Source of the DNA: Paramoeba atlantica
Lineage: Eukaryota > Protista > Discosea
DNA: 62,171 bases
Assembly: GCA_977017575.1 (NCBI GenBank)
Contig: CDRNVI010000198.1
Span: 1-62,171, forward strand
Direction: 5' to 3'
The notes below the pieces were generated by a model. That model worked only from the letters and a program-made list of their open reading frames with translations, did no database searches and was not told the origin of the DNA. Numbering within the stretch: the first letter of the stretch is position 1; each line of letters starts with the position of its first letter. Shown piece by piece: positions 23,542 through 37,400 of this stretch. A program made the translations under genes and the position numbers.

Positions 23542-24459
23542 ATGTCGCAACAAAAGAAAGGTGCTGCCGCTTTCCTTCGTGATTTCGCCATGGGTGGAAC
23601 CATTGGTGCCATCTCCAAGACCATCATGTCCCCTGTGGAACGTGTGAAGATCTTGATGCAAACCATGGACTCCAACCCCAAGGTCATCTCTGGTGAGGTC
23701 AAGCCTTACTCTGGCATTGGAGATTGTTTCAAGCGTGTCAGTTCTGAACAAGGTGTTCGTGCTTTCTGGCGTGGTAACTTGGTTAACTGCTTGCGTTATG
23801 CTCCCCAACAAGGTTCCGCTCTTGCTTTCAACGATTTCTTCAAAAACTTGTTCCCCAAGAAGGACAAGAACACCGAATTCTGGATGTACATGGCCAACAA
23901 CTTGATGGCTGGTGGTCTTGGAGGTGCCATGGCTATGGTTGTCTGTTACCCTCTTGACTTTGCCCGTACTCGTCTTGCTTCTGATTTGCAAGCTGGAAAG
24001 GGTCAATTCAATGGTATTCTTGACTGTCTCACCAAGACTGTGAAACAACAAGGTGTTGTTGGTCTTTACCGTGGTACTGCTGTCTCCATTGCTGGTGCTT
24101 TCGTGTACCGTGCTGGTCAACTCGGTCTCTACGGAACCATCATGGGATTGAATCCCTACCAAAAGGATAGAGGATGGAAGGGTTTCACCTCTGCCATTAT
24201 TATTTGCACTGCTGCTCGTACTGCTGTTCTCCCCTTCAACTACCCCTTTGATACCGTCCGTCGTCGTCTTATGTTGGAATCTGAGAAGGCACCATCTGAG
24301 CGCATGTACAAATCTGGTGTCCACTGCTCTATCCAGATCTTGAAGAAGGAAGGTGTTGTTGGATTGTACAAGGGTATCTTCCCCGAGATCTTCCGTGGAT
24401 TTGGTGGTGTTATGGTTGTTGTTTGCTACGATCGTCTCAAGAACTACATGGGTATCTAA
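23542..24459 (+). CDS. AAC: Mitochondrial ADP/ATP carrier (SLC25 family), intronless
   Basis: MSQQKK start. Three carrier signature motifs (PVERVK, PLDFAR, PFDTVR), FWRGNLVNCLRY, and RRRLML at the position of the AAC RRRMMM signature. Confidence 0.93.
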   Translation: MSQQKKGAAAFLRDFAMGGTIGAISKTIMSPVERVKILMQTMDSNPKVISGEVKPYSGIGDCFKRVSSEQGVRAFWRGNLVNCLRYAPQQGSALAFNDFFKNLFPKKDKNTEFWMYMANNLMAGGLGGAMAMVVCYPLDFARTRLASDLQAGKGQFNGILDCLTKTVKQQGVVGLYRGTAVSIAGAFVYRAGQLGLYGTIMGLNPYQKDRGWKGFTSAIIICTAARTAVLPFNYPFDTVRRRLMLESEKAPSERMYKSGVHCSIQILKKEGVVGLYKGIFPEIFRGFGGVMVVVCYDRLKNYMGI

Positions 24460-24722
24460 GAACCTTTTTTGTTTTGAGGATTTTTCTCTTCTTTTTGGGT
24501 GTGATTAAAATGTGTGAGAGTTGGTTCCAGGATCAAACACAAAAAATCAATAAACAATCGATCTGTGTTCTCTCTATCAAAATAATTATTTTCTACTTAA
24601 ATTTTTTTTTAAAAAATCTTTGAAATTCTTTCTTTTTGGAACCACCAGTTTTTTTTTTTTTTAATCTTTTGAAACCACCACCGACATTTCCCCACCGGAC
24701 TCAAAAAAAAAAAAAAGAGTCA

Positions 24723-25932
24723 ATGACTCCCAATCTTCATGTTACTCGATTCTTTCTTTTCTTTCTTTCCTCCTCCTCATTTTCTCTCTTTCTCTCTTTC
24801 TCTCTTCCTCTCGTTCAAGGGGGGAAAATAGTCCCCCTTCCATTAATACTGACCGGGACACTGCCAATGCCAAACAATTCTTTTGGGCGGATTGACCATC
24901 TTTCTTTTGATAGTACGACTCAACAACTCTTTGTTTCTGGATTTGGGGATTCAACAGTTGCGGTGGTGGATGTAGAAGCTGGGGTGGTGGTTGAGACCAT
25001 CACTGATCAGTTGGCCAATCCTCAAGGCAATCTTGTCTTGCCTTTTCATGTGAATCACCCGATTGGGATTGGGGGGAAAATTGGACAAGAGTATGTTGCA
25101 AATGATGAGACAGGGGCAGTTGAGGTGTATGGAGTTATCTCTGATATCACCGCCATTGGTGGAGAGAAGAACCTTTATCCTCATTTGACGACCATTGATT
25201 TGGAAGAAGATGCGGATAATGTTCGATACAATTCAAATTCAAATTGTGTTTATGTTGGGTATGGTGATGGAGCTGAGGGTCTTGTCCCTCCTGCAATTGC
25301 AGTAATTGATCCTTTAACCAATCAGATCTTAAATCGACTCTCTGTACCAGCACATCCTGAATCTTTCCAGCTCAATTCTGCTGCCAACAAAATTTATGTC
25401 AACACACCAAATGACACTTCTATTACCGTTCTCCTTGATGTCAACACAACAAATCCCCTTTCTTCTTCTTCTCTTACTTCTTCTCTTACTCCTTCTCTTA
25501 CTCCTTCTCTTACATGGAGAGTACCAGGGAATGCACCAGGAGGAAATAACGAATGTTTTCCAATGGCTCTTGCAGAAGAATATGGAAAGAATGGAACTTT
25601 ATTCGTTGGTTGTCGCACACCCCCTCTCCTTGCAGTCCTCGACGCCATGACAGGAGAGATACAAACCACAATCTTTGGTGTTGGAGACCATGCCGATGAT
25701 CTTTGGTGGGATTCCCAAAGACAGCGTCTTTATCTCTCTTCCCGTGAAGGTTTTGTCAATGTCATTCAAGCTCAAAATAATGGAGAACAATATTCTCTGA
25801 TTGCGAATGTTACCACGGCGTATGGTGGTCAAACTTCTTATTTTGATCCATTGTCCAGTCGACTTTTTGTTCCAATTCCAAAGTTACAAGATGAAGATCC
25901 TCCTGCTCATATTCTTGTTTTTAAAGCAACCC

Positions 25933-25968
<36 letters not shown>

Positions 25969-25970
25969 AA
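24723..25970 (+). CDS. Secreted YncE/YVTN-like beta-propeller protein, intronless
   Basis: Hydrophobic N-terminus, GRIDHLSFD..QLFVSGFGDSTVAVVDV, HPESFQL, FPMAL..LFVGCR..LAVLD, DDLWWD..RLYLS..EG and poly-Ser tail. The ORF is uninterrupted. Confidence 0.75.
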
Positions 25971-26065
25971 TAATAATAATTTTATGATTGATCTTTTTTT
26001 TGAACACCTCATTCTAAAAATAAGAATTTATAATCCTTATTCCAAAAATGATTCTTCTTTATTTT

Positions 26066-26760
26066 TCACTTTTCTTTCTTCTTCCTCCTCTTCCTTTCTG
26101 CTTTCTCTGCCATTTCTTGACCACAATCAGGGACTGTTGGCTGTTTTTTCAATATCTTTTGTTGAAACACCTGAAATTAAAAGAAAAAAGAAAAAAAAAA
26201 AACCCAAATGAGAAAAAAGAAAAGAGAGAAACATCATCGAAAGAAGGAAGGGAGAGAGAGAGAGAGAGAGAGAGGAAGAGACCTGATTCAGAAGTTCAAA
26301 AGCCAAAGGGATTGCCAAATGTGGTTTTAAAAATCCTCTCTGTTTTTGGGTGAGTGAGAAAAGAGAAGAAAAGAAAAGAAAAGAGAGAAAAGAGAAGCAC
26401 CTTCGATTTTACACCAGTCATCATTTCACCAAACTCATCCAAAAAAGCTTGTCCCTGTGAAAAAGAACAGTGAAATTAATCATAATAAAAGAATAAAATA
26501 AAATAATAAAGTAATAAAATACAAATACAAATACAACAAAATAAAAATACAAATCCAACAAATTAAAATACAATAAAACAAAAAAAAAAATAAAAATAAA
26601 AAATAAAAAATAAAAATAGATAAAAAAAAAATAAATAAAATAAAAAACCTTTCTTGCTCCAACAACAGCCATAGCATCAAGAGCCATTGGAAATTTAACA
26701 AGAGTTTTTGCCATCATGGATGACCACCAAAAATCATCTCCAAATTCTACAAAATTTGTT

Positions 26761-26799
<39 letters not shown>

Positions 26800-27476
26800 T
26801 TATTGTTAAATTTTTCTCTCTTTTTTTAAATTTCTTTGTTCAATTATTTTTTTTTCCTTTTTGTGATTTGTAATTATTAAGTTGAGAAATAAATTATTTT
26901 TCTTTTCATAATAAAAAGAAAAAGAAAAAGAAAAAGAAACCTTCCATCCATCTTCGTTGATAGACAGCAGTGGAAGCAGCACTAAAATCTCCACTTTCAA
27001 ACATCTATATTTTTGATTAAAATTTGGTTCTCCATTCTTTTCAGTTTATTCTTTCTTTTTCTTTTCTTTTTCTTTTCTTTTCCTTTTCTTTTCTTTCATT
27101 TTTATTTTTCTGATTCTCTTAAACTTCGAAAAGAAAAAGAAACCTCACTGGTAACTTGAGCGGCGATTTTCCCTCCAATCATTGCTAAAAAAAAATGGAA
27201 AAGAGTTCAAAAACATCTCCAAAGAGGAATAAAAATAAAAATATAAATTTTAATAGAAAAATATAAATAAATAAATATAAATAAATATAAATAAATATAA
27301 ATAAATATAAATAAATATAAATAAATAAATTTTAATAAAAATAAATAAAAATAAATAAAAATAAATAAAAAAGAACCAGTATGAATACCCTCTCCAGTAA
27401 GAGGATCAACTTGGCCAGCCGCATCACCAATAATAAGTAAATGATCCCCATAAGTCCTATTTTTATTGTTTATTTG

Positions 27477-27519
<43 letters not shown>

Positions 27520-27524
27520 TTTGT

Positions 27525-27563
<39 letters not shown>

Positions 27564-30500
27564 TTATTTACTCTTTTTTCAATAAGATCAAAATCCAAAC
27601 TTAGATTCACCTCCAGTTCGAATTGGAGCAACTTTTGTTGTTTCTCTAAAAACAATAAATTTTAGAATAATAATAAAAAAACAAAGATTACTCAAAAATC
27701 ACTGAAAAAATCACTGAAAAAATCACTGAAAAAATACCGAAAATCAAGTTCCGAGGGAGGATGCCTCTTACTATTAGAAAAACAAAATAAGAAACCAAAA
27801 ATAAACAAGATTTTGAAGAAACTCGAGAAAGAGAAAGGGAAAAGAAAAGAGAAACCTAATTCCAAAGGCATTTTTAATATATTCATATGATTCGAATAGT
27901 TTCTCTTCAAATGGCTAAAATTAAACATTAATTTTCTTTAAAAATGGGTATTTTCAAGACAATTTGGACAGCACTAATTTACAGAAGGAAAACAGAGAAG
28001 AAAAGAAACAAGAAAAGAAAAGAAAGAAAAGGAGAAAAGAAAAATAAATTCTCAATTCAACAAAAACTAACTCAGATTTATTTATTAAAAAAAGAATAAA
28101 AATTCAAAAAAAAAAACCTTAATCCAAGCTGAAGTACCATACCCACCAGGAAGAATGTATGTTCCTAAATAAAGCTCTGCATGCAAAATAAACTCAAAAA
28201 ACTTGCAAGTAAAAAGAAAAAAAAGAGACGAGAAAAGAAAAAAGGGAAAGAAGAGAAAAGAAGAGAAAAGAAGAGGTACCCCCATCATAGTGCTTCAAAA
28301 TGGCACTGTAACCAGGCAAAAGGCTGTCACAGGTCGATTAATAAAAAATCAAAAATATAAATCAATAATAATAATAATACAACATAATAATAATACAACA
28401 ACAATACAACCAACAACAACAATACAACAACAATGATAATAATACAACAACAATAATAATACAACAACTTTTATAATACAACAACAACAATAATACAACA
28501 ATAAATAATAACACAACAACAATAATAATACAACAATAATAATAACACAACAACAATAATAATACAACAACAATAATAATACAACAACAACAATAATACA
28601 ACAACAATAATAATACAATAACAATAATAATACAATAATCCAACATAATTAAGAATAAGAATACAATAAAAAAAAATCAACATTCACCAAACCTTCGAGA
28701 GAAAAACATAACACCATCTGCATCAAATTTTTTCCTATGTCTCTCTGCAATCCTGACTGAAAAAAAAAAAAATAGATTTGAGTTTTAGAGACAAATGAAT
28801 TTCACATTTTTGAAAGCAACAAAAAGAAAAGAAGAGAAAAAGAAAAAAAGAAAAAGAAAAAAAGAAAAAGAAAAAGAAAAACTGTATTGATGTGAACAAA
28901 CAGAATCAGGAGGGGTGGTAACAACTCCAAGTTTCCGGGCAAGATAAGAATTTGAACCATCGGCAAGTACCAAAACTCTCGCATTAATCAGATGATCTCC
29001 CTTTTATTATTATTATTATTATTTAATATTAAATTAATATTATTTTTATTTTATTTCATGAATTAATCGTATTAAAGAAAGAAAAGGGTAAAGAGAAATA
29101 AAGAGAAATAAAAAAGAGAAGGAAAAAAGAAAAAGAGAGAAAAAAAGAGAAAAAGAAAAAGAAAAAGAAAAAGAGTGTTGATTCCCAAATCAAAAGAAAA
29201 ATAACATTTGCTTGAACTGCCCAAAAGCCCTCCTTTTCATCAAATATCATGCTTTCAACTTCACATCCTGTGCATCAAAGAATCAAAAAGAGAAGAGAAA
29301 AAAAGAGAAAAGGACCAAAAGGATAAAAAGGAAAAAGAGAAAAAGAGAAAAAAGAGAAAAAGAGAAAAAGAAAGAGAGAAAAAGAAAAGAGAAGAGAGAG
29401 AGAAGAAGAAGAAGAAGAAGAAGAAGAAGAAAAACCTTCCATCAACTCAACACCTTCTTCAGCAGCATGACGAGCAATAAATTCATCCATCACAAACCTC
29501 TTAATCGCATAGGTCCCTTTTTTGAAAAAAGAAATAAATAAATAAAAGAGAAAAGAAAAAGAGAGGAGAGAGAGAGAGGAGAGAGGGAGAGAGAGAAGAG
29601 AGAGGAGAGAGGGAGAGAGAGAGGAGAGAGGAGAGAGGAGAGATCATAATTTTAAAAGTGGCTGTTTTTTTAGGAAAGAGGACAGAGAGAGAAAAGAAGA
29701 GAGGGAGAGGGAAGAGAGAGAGAAAGAAGAGAGAGAAAAAGATACGGATATTTTTTTGAGAGCCATAAGGACCTCCAATACAAGAAAATCCTGCTGGTGA
29801 AATAAAACCTCCTCTCTGTTTTATTTTCTGTTTATTTTCTCTTCTTTTTCTCTCTTTCTTTTTTCTCTTTTCTCTTTTCTTCTCTTTTTTCTTCTCTTTT
29901 CTTCTTTTTTACTTCTTCTTTCTTTCTTAATTTTTCTTTTTTCGAACCTCCACTGGATGACAAAGAGGTTTGCCAGGGACAAAATCTTGGCGGACAGGAA
30001 GATCTGTCTCTCCAGTCTCCACATCTTTTAAAATTCCCATTTCCTTTTTGAAGGAAAAATAAGAAAAAATGAACCAAATGCTTTTGAATCAAAAACAAAT
30101 TTTTTTGAAAAGAAAAAGAAAAGAAAAAGAAAAAGAAAAAGAAAAGAAAAAGAAAAAGAAAAAGAAAAGAAAAAGAAAAGAAAAGAAAAGAAAAAGAAAA
30201 GAAAAGAAAACATCAAGAATATCAAGAGCAGGAGCACACCAGGCATCACCACAATATTTTTTTCTTGGGAAACTGCATCTGTCCGCCATGTTCACTCTCA
30301 ACTGTTAAAACAAAATGAGAAAAGAAGAGGAGAGGGGAAGAAGAGGGGGAAATGAGATCAAAAAAGAAGTAGAAAGAAGAAAAGAAGAAAAGAAAGAAAA
30401 GAAAGAAAAGAAGAAAAAGAAGAAAAGAAAACTTGAGGATTAGCTTTTTTGAGAAAATATGAAAAAGTTGCACCAGCAGGTCCTGAGAAAGGTAACATGA

Positions 30501-31028
30501 ACAGAGAGAAAGGAGAGAGAGAGAGGAATAGAAAAGAGAGAGGAAGGAGAGAGGAAAAGAAAGAAGAGAAAGGAAGAGAAAAGAGAGAGGGGCGGAAGGA
30601 AGGAAAGAAAGGAAAGAAAAGAAAGAAAAGAAAGAAAGAGAAACCTGCTCCAACAACAAGAACATCACATACTTCATCAAACCCTCCCTTTTTAAAACAA
30701 ATTCAGAGAAAGAAAAAGAAAAGAGAGAAAGAGAGAAAGAAGAGAGAAAAAGAAGAAAGAAGTGAAAAGAGAGAGAAAGAAGAAAGAAAAACCTTCAAAA
30801 ACTTTCCTTTCCAAGGACCTTGAGATTTGACTTTTGAGGGCAGTTCTCTTATTTTCGATCTACTCCCCCAATCAAACTTCAGAAAAGAAAAAGAAAAAAA
30901 GAAAAAGAAAAAAAGAAAAAGAAAAAAAAAAAAAGAAAAAAGAAAAAACAAGACCTCGATTGGTAAACAAAATAAAAGAGAACAAGAACAAACAACACAA
31001 CCAAACCCAAAAACAACAACAAAAACAT
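26066..31028 (-). CDS. Geranylgeranyl-reductase-family FAD-dependent oxidoreductase with N-terminal membrane anchor, multi-exon
   Basis: Exon translations include DVLVVGAG, DRCSFPRKKYCGDAW, VLADGSNS and IIGDAAGQVDPLTGEGIH. Start MFLLLFLGLVVLF at 31028; stop TGA at 26066-26068. Confidence 0.8.
28370..28640. repeat. Intronic (AAC/AAT)-derived minisatellite, unit about ACAACAACAATAATAAT
   Basis: Directly visible tandem units. They produce the spurious Y/C/I/V/L ORFs in the track. Confidence 0.8.
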
Positions 31029-31461
31029 TTTTTTGCTTTTGAGTCTCAATTAAAAAAAAAAAAAAATGTCTTGACTCTTTGGCTCTTTGACTCACTCTTT
31101 CTTTCTTTTCTCTCTTTCTTTTTCCTCTTTTTCCTCTCTTTCTCTCTTTTCACTTTCAGAAATCAACAAAAAAAAAAAAAAAAAACTCAACAAAAATGTA
31201 GTGAATCAAATCAATCTCTTTACTAATATTCCAAGCATAAAAAAGCACAATTTAATTTAGCTGACCGTGATGACGAAATATTTGCGGAGTCTCAGAAAAT
31301 AATTCCCGGAGCAAGGTCATAAACTCTTTGTCATAAACTCAGTTTTACACTCAGTTTTATTGAGGATCAGGGGGGTTTTGAAAGTAGTTGACGTCTTTTT
31401 CTTTTCTTTTGGTTCTCCGCTTCTTGGGTGAAAAGTTGTGCATCTTTGGTCCCCCAAAAAA

Positions 31462-34400
31462 ATGAAAACAAAGTTTGGTTTGTTGGGGGTGTTGGTTTTT
31501 TTGGGAGCTTTACTTCCTGGTTTAATCGCCAAACCACTCCCTCCGATGCCTCCAGCCCCTTCCCCCACCCGCGATCTTACACAACGGCCCAAATTAATCG
31601 GAAACCGTTTGCTCCAGAGAGAGAATAACATTTTAAACGCAAAGTATGAATATTTCCAAGCAGAACTTGAGTTTGATCAGGTTTTTTTTTTCTTGAGATG
31701 AAAAGAAAAAGGTCCTTGCTCACGCTCCACAACTCCAAATGACTTGTTTTTTTTTTTTTTCAGGATTTGTATATTAACGAACCTTTTGTTTGTGGTGGTG
31801 CTGAAAAAGACTGTGTAAGACAATATCCTGGTTGTGTTCCTTGTGACTGGTCTGACCCAAAGACAAACCCAGCACCAGGAGAGGTTCTCCCTTTATCTTC
31901 TCTTCATTTTGATTCATTTTTATTCCCCCCAAAAAATATTTCATAAGAATGAATAATAAATAATAATAAGAAATAAGAAATAATAATAAAGAAATAATAA
32001 GAAATAATAATAAATAAATAATAAATAATAAATAGGAATTTAGTTGTGAAGATCCTCAATGTTGTGGGCCAGCCACAGGAATCTCTGGGAGTGCAAGAAC
32101 GGTCCAAGACTTGTGGTGTCAAAATACTTCCGATTCGGGAGTTCCTTTTGAGACCATTCAGCTGAATCAACCATCAAAAACTAAACGCCTCTCAGCAGGC
32201 GGTTTGTGTTTTCTTTCTTTTCTTTCTCTCAACTTTTAACTTTTTTTTTTTTTTTACTTTTGTCTTCATTTTTTTTTTTTTTTTTTTTTAATTGAGTCTC
32301 AAAAAAAAAATGAAAAACAGAAATGTCTTTTTATCGATTTTTTGTCCCTGAAGAAATGTTTTGTCATGCCCTTCAAGTCTTTGTTCGCCCCATCTACGGA
32401 TCAACAACTCTCTTTGTTTCAAATCTTCATGCTTTTCCAGACCTGGCAGCATATGATGGAGATTTTAGAAGTATAATTCTTGAAGTTGATGTCTCATATT
32501 TTTCTTATGCACAAGCTGCAATTCATATCTGTCCAAATTCAAATGTTTGGTATATGCCCGGAACCTTTTCTATTGGTGTGACAGCTGGGACTGAAACAGA
32601 ATTCTATGTAGAAGTTATTGCTGCTGATGACCCATATCCTTTACCTGATCCCCCTGTTCGTTTATCATGCGCTGATGTTCCAGAGGAAGAGTTTATTATT
32701 GGCCAAGGAAATAGCTCCAGCAATTATGTTTTTTGTGCAGAAGATGGAATCACTAAGGAAATTAATCTTCCAACCACATTCTCGCGTGATTTTGTAGAGA
32801 TTATTTTGCCTGTTCCTCCTGGATGTCATGCTATCTCTACTATTATCAATATGTACACTCTTGGTGGAACGAATCATGATGCTGATATTTATTGCTTGTC
32901 TAAAGTCCCTTATGAAAGGATTTCTGAAAAAGAGCATGTTGCGGCAGCAAGGTTTTTTTTTTTTGTCTTTGTGTGTTTCAATTGAGCTTTTTTTTTTTGA
33001 TCAGAGGATTTGGAGAGCTATTTTTTTTTTTATTCCTCCCTTTTTTTCTCTCTTGTCTTTTTTTGATTCTTGAAAATAGATGGAAAGGCACTGATGATTA
33101 CCTTTTCTTCGCTGGGTGTTTTGATGAAACTGTTTATATCCACTGTGCACTCAATATTTTTTTCGTCAGTGGGCCATTTGAATTCGTGTGGTCTACTATG
33201 GCTAAACCTGTTCGAACTTTAATTACGGATATACACCCAACTTCTCTTACTCTGAATCAAGGTTTAATTGCTGCGAGTGGTCTTATTCAAGGTTTTCTCC
33301 TTTTTCTCTGAAATTTTTTATTTTGAAATGAAAAAAAAAGGTGATTTTTTTTGATTTTGTCATATTATTTTAGGTGAAGTTTTGTCTCCTTGTGCTGACT
33401 ATCGAACTTCTTGTTACTCTTGGATTGCTCCATCTTCAAATGATTCTCTTGTGTTCTGGCCTCCTCCTGGTGATACTGAGGTGATACAATTATTTGATAC
33501 TTTGATGGTGATGGTGTTGGTGTGACTTTTGGTTCTGACATTTTTTTTTTTTGAATAGCCAATTTCTGGACCTTTTGATCCAATTGCGCCCGATCTTTAC
33601 GCTAGCAATGGTTTATCCGTTCCAATGTCAAATCGATGTTTGGCTTTTCTTTCAAATTGATTGTGTTCTCGCATCTGCTAACATTTATTTCCTTCTCTCT
33701 TTTTTTTTTTGTGATTATTCTTCCGACTCTCTAGTGGTTGTCTTGGATTTCTCCATCAAAGCTGGGACCTTTGTTAATACCTTCGAAGACAAATTTGAAA
33801 AAGGGTCATTGGCGATCTTTACAGTGACAAACGAAATTGGTCTCCCCGTCGAACTCCCAAACAACGGACCAGTAAATGCAGCAGGAGACAGATCTTTTAA
33901 CCATTATATCCCCAATATTGCGTATCCTTCATTAAATCTTGTAGCTGAGACGTCTGGTGATTGTGTCTACGAATCATATTCTACTGTGGTAGATTTGATT
34001 TCAGAACAAGTTGCAGCGGGATTGGAGGAATTTGATCTGAATTCAGTGATCAGGAGAAATTATTACAGTGATATTTTTGGGGCTGGGAGTGCGAATCAAG
34101 CCTGTGTGGATGGTGCAGAAACATTGATGGAACAGATCAGCAAAGAGGTAACGAAAAGAGATATTACTCTTTGTCAATACGATGTGAATGAGGAGCCCGA
34201 TTTTTGGAATGCTGACCCTTGCTGTAATTTCCATATTTTGGTTGATTTTTTTTCTCCCCTTTCCTTCATTTTCTTTTTTTTAAAAAAAAATATTTTTTAG
34301 CCAGTGAATTGTTGTTTCCCGTTTCAACTCGAAACAGAGGAGACTGTCTTTTCGGATCCTGATACCGAAACAATCGAACTTTCTTGTGGAAATGATGCAT

Positions 34401-37400
34401 GTATTCAGAGCTTAACAGGAGATTTGGCTGACTCTCTGAACACTCTTGACGATCCTCTCAGTGGATGTAATTCTGGGATTAAGGTTTCTTTTTTCTTTTA
34501 TTTTTGTGTTTGTTGATTCAAATATTACACGAGCAAAAAGTATGGAGTTTGTGTGTGTTGTTTTGGAGTGATTTTCTCTCAGAAAAATGTTAATTTACAA
34601 TAAAACAACAGAGCCCCTCTTTGGAATCTAATTATGCGATCGAGCTTCAATTACAACGTGGTTATCGACAATGTCTTGATGAAACTGGGGCTGGAGGTTC
34701 TCTCTCTCTCTTTGATGAAAGAAAACATTTAAAAGAGACCTTTTTTTTGATATCTCTTGTGAAATGACTGAAAGAAAAAACACTGTGGCCAACTGATTTA
34801 TCTTTTTTTAGGACTTTTTCAGGGAGTTCCATGTGCTTCAGATGAAAATTGTACTGCAATTGGGACAACTTGTGATCTTTTGAATGAGATTTGTCGTTTG
34901 CCGTCTCTGAATGATTTTGAAAATTCCTTTTTGAATTGCTATATCACCAAATTAACTTCAAATCAAGAGGTTTATTTTCTTCAGTTAAATAATTATTTCA
35001 AAACTTGAAACTGAACACACACACACAACGATGATATTTATTTAGGATTATTTGAGAAGAAAAGTTCTCCCAAATTCTTTGGCGGAATCTCCTCGAGATT
35101 CTCTAGAATTTTTCGAGGCCGTAAAAGAAGCTTCTTTGGAATTTGATTGCGTTTCTCCGAGTGATCCTCTCGATCTTTCTTTCCGCACAAAGAGTTATTA
35201 TCGAAGACCTTGTTGGTCGAATTTCTTCTATCAATATTATTTCAATTATTCTTTCTGTAAGTTTTTTTGATTTTTTTTTCAGATTTCTTTCCTTCTCCTT
35301 TTTTTGGGGAGATTTTTTGAGCTCAATTCTGAATAACTTTAAAAAAGGGGAGACATGGGCTCACGTTCACGAATTCCGACCCTCATGTCCTGATTTATAC
35401 TGCCTTGGTGATACCTGTCGCTTTCCTACATATGATTGCGGGAATCAGTGGGGCAATTGTCGAGATGAAGGTTTGGAGGTCGCTACAGAAGAGAATTGCC
35501 CCGTTGAAGTTTCCGCATGTAACACAAATGCCCCAGTTTCTTCTTGTGATGGGTCTTTTGTATGCGCCTACTGTCCTGAGACAGGGCCTTGCATTGAAGC
35601 TGAAGGAGTGACAACAGAAGCAGAATGTAACCAATTGAAAGCTTGTTATTTTCCCGATAATTCAATGCAAATTGGTGTGACTGAACAACAGTGTCTAACT
35701 GTTGCTGGAAAATGTAGTGAGCCTTGTTATGGTCAAAGTTGTCGCCCAGCATTTGCTGAATATCAAAAGGGTGTCTGTCAATTGGATATTCCCCAAGATT
35801 GGCTCGGTTGCCAAAGATATGGTGGAGGAGTGTACAGTGGTCGTCCTTATGGAACAAACTTCCCTTTTGTTTGGTCTGAATGTTTGTTAACAGCTGTAAG
35901 AACTGAACAAGAATGTCTTCAGGTCTTCCTCATCCTTCTCTTCTTACTTTTCGCTTCTTATTTTCTTCTCAAAAAAAACATCCTTTTTTTTTTAACAGAT
36001 TCCAGATCCTACTTCATGGCACACTTGTGGTGATTTAAGTGTGGACGAATGTGTCCCTGGTAATTTCGGAGTTCCACAACTTTGGTTAAAATGTTTTGTT
36101 GATCAAATCCGTGACTGTGAAACCCCCGAAGAGTGTGTCAACTCCGGAGGGGGTTGTTCTGATCAGAGGTGGAATCGAAGAATCACAGATTGGGATCCTT
36201 ATAACATTCAATTTAACTATGGGGCTTGCCATAACTCTGGTTTTTTTGATGTGACTCTTGTTGAGAAAATTCCAAGTTGCAATCCAAATCCTCGAGGTCC
36301 AATTGGTTGTAGAAACGAAGATCTCGAAGAAGGATGGGTCTGTGCACCTTTTGATATTGGGACTGTAAGTGGGAATAATATGTGGGAATGGAATACTTGG
36401 GTTTCGATGGCCACAACTGAAGATGAATGTTTGGGAATTGGGGCTGAGGAGCCAAGTGGAAGAAATGGTTGTATGATTAAATTGGACACTGGTTATCAGA
36501 GGTGGTGGTATAATGAATCCGAATGTGTCTGTCGTGGTGGTATCTATGAGAATGTTTATAGGTTTGGGATTCAATATTTTGATTAAAAGAATAATTGAGA
36601 AAAAAGAGGAAGAAGAAAAAGGCGGAAAAAAAAAATTGAAAAGAAAAATATTGAATTCTTTCAAATTAATAGTTGGGCACCTGGAGTGTGGCAAGAACAA
36701 CAAACTTTCCCAATGACATGGATGGAAAGAACACCTCAATATACATATGAGTGGCAACCATCTGTTTCATTCTTTCAACTCGAGAGTTGGATTAAATTGG
36801 CTGCTGAAGTTTTTTTTTTTTTTAAAAAATTTTTACTCTTATTATTTTGCCTTTTTTATTATTATTATCTGTTTTCTTCTTTTCTCTCTCTCTCTCCTAA
36901 TTACACAAATAATTCAAAGGAAACTTTTGTGGATTCAATTAAATCACAAATGTTATGCGAGTCGAATATTGTTTCTTCATCTTTGTCTTCTATTACTTGT
37001 GATTGTCTTGCAGAAGATTCTCCAAAAGGTTTTTTGTTTTTAATTTTAGTTTTGTTATTGTATTTGTTAAAATATGGTTTTTTATTGTTTTTTTTTATTT
37101 TTTATTTTGTATTTTGTATTTTGTATTTTGTATTTTGTATTTTGTATTTTGTATTTTCTTATTTTTTTTTTTGGATATTAGATGCGACATGTTATGGAAA
37201 CACCTCTGTTGATATCCCTGTCGGAGTGTCAGGAGCTTGTGAAGGCGAACATTCTTTAATTAAAGGCCCGAGTTCTATTATTAGCTTCTTTCCTAATAGC
37301 ACAGCTGATCTTTGTACCAAGGTCTCTCTCTCTCTCTTTGATTCGTATTTTTTAAAGGAATTTTTAGTATCACCTTTTTTGATTCAAAAATATTGTCTCT

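Noticed and set aside
23131-24324. 397-aa minus-strand ORF
   Set aside because: It is the antisense shadow of the codon-biased AAC gene and has no recognisable motifs.
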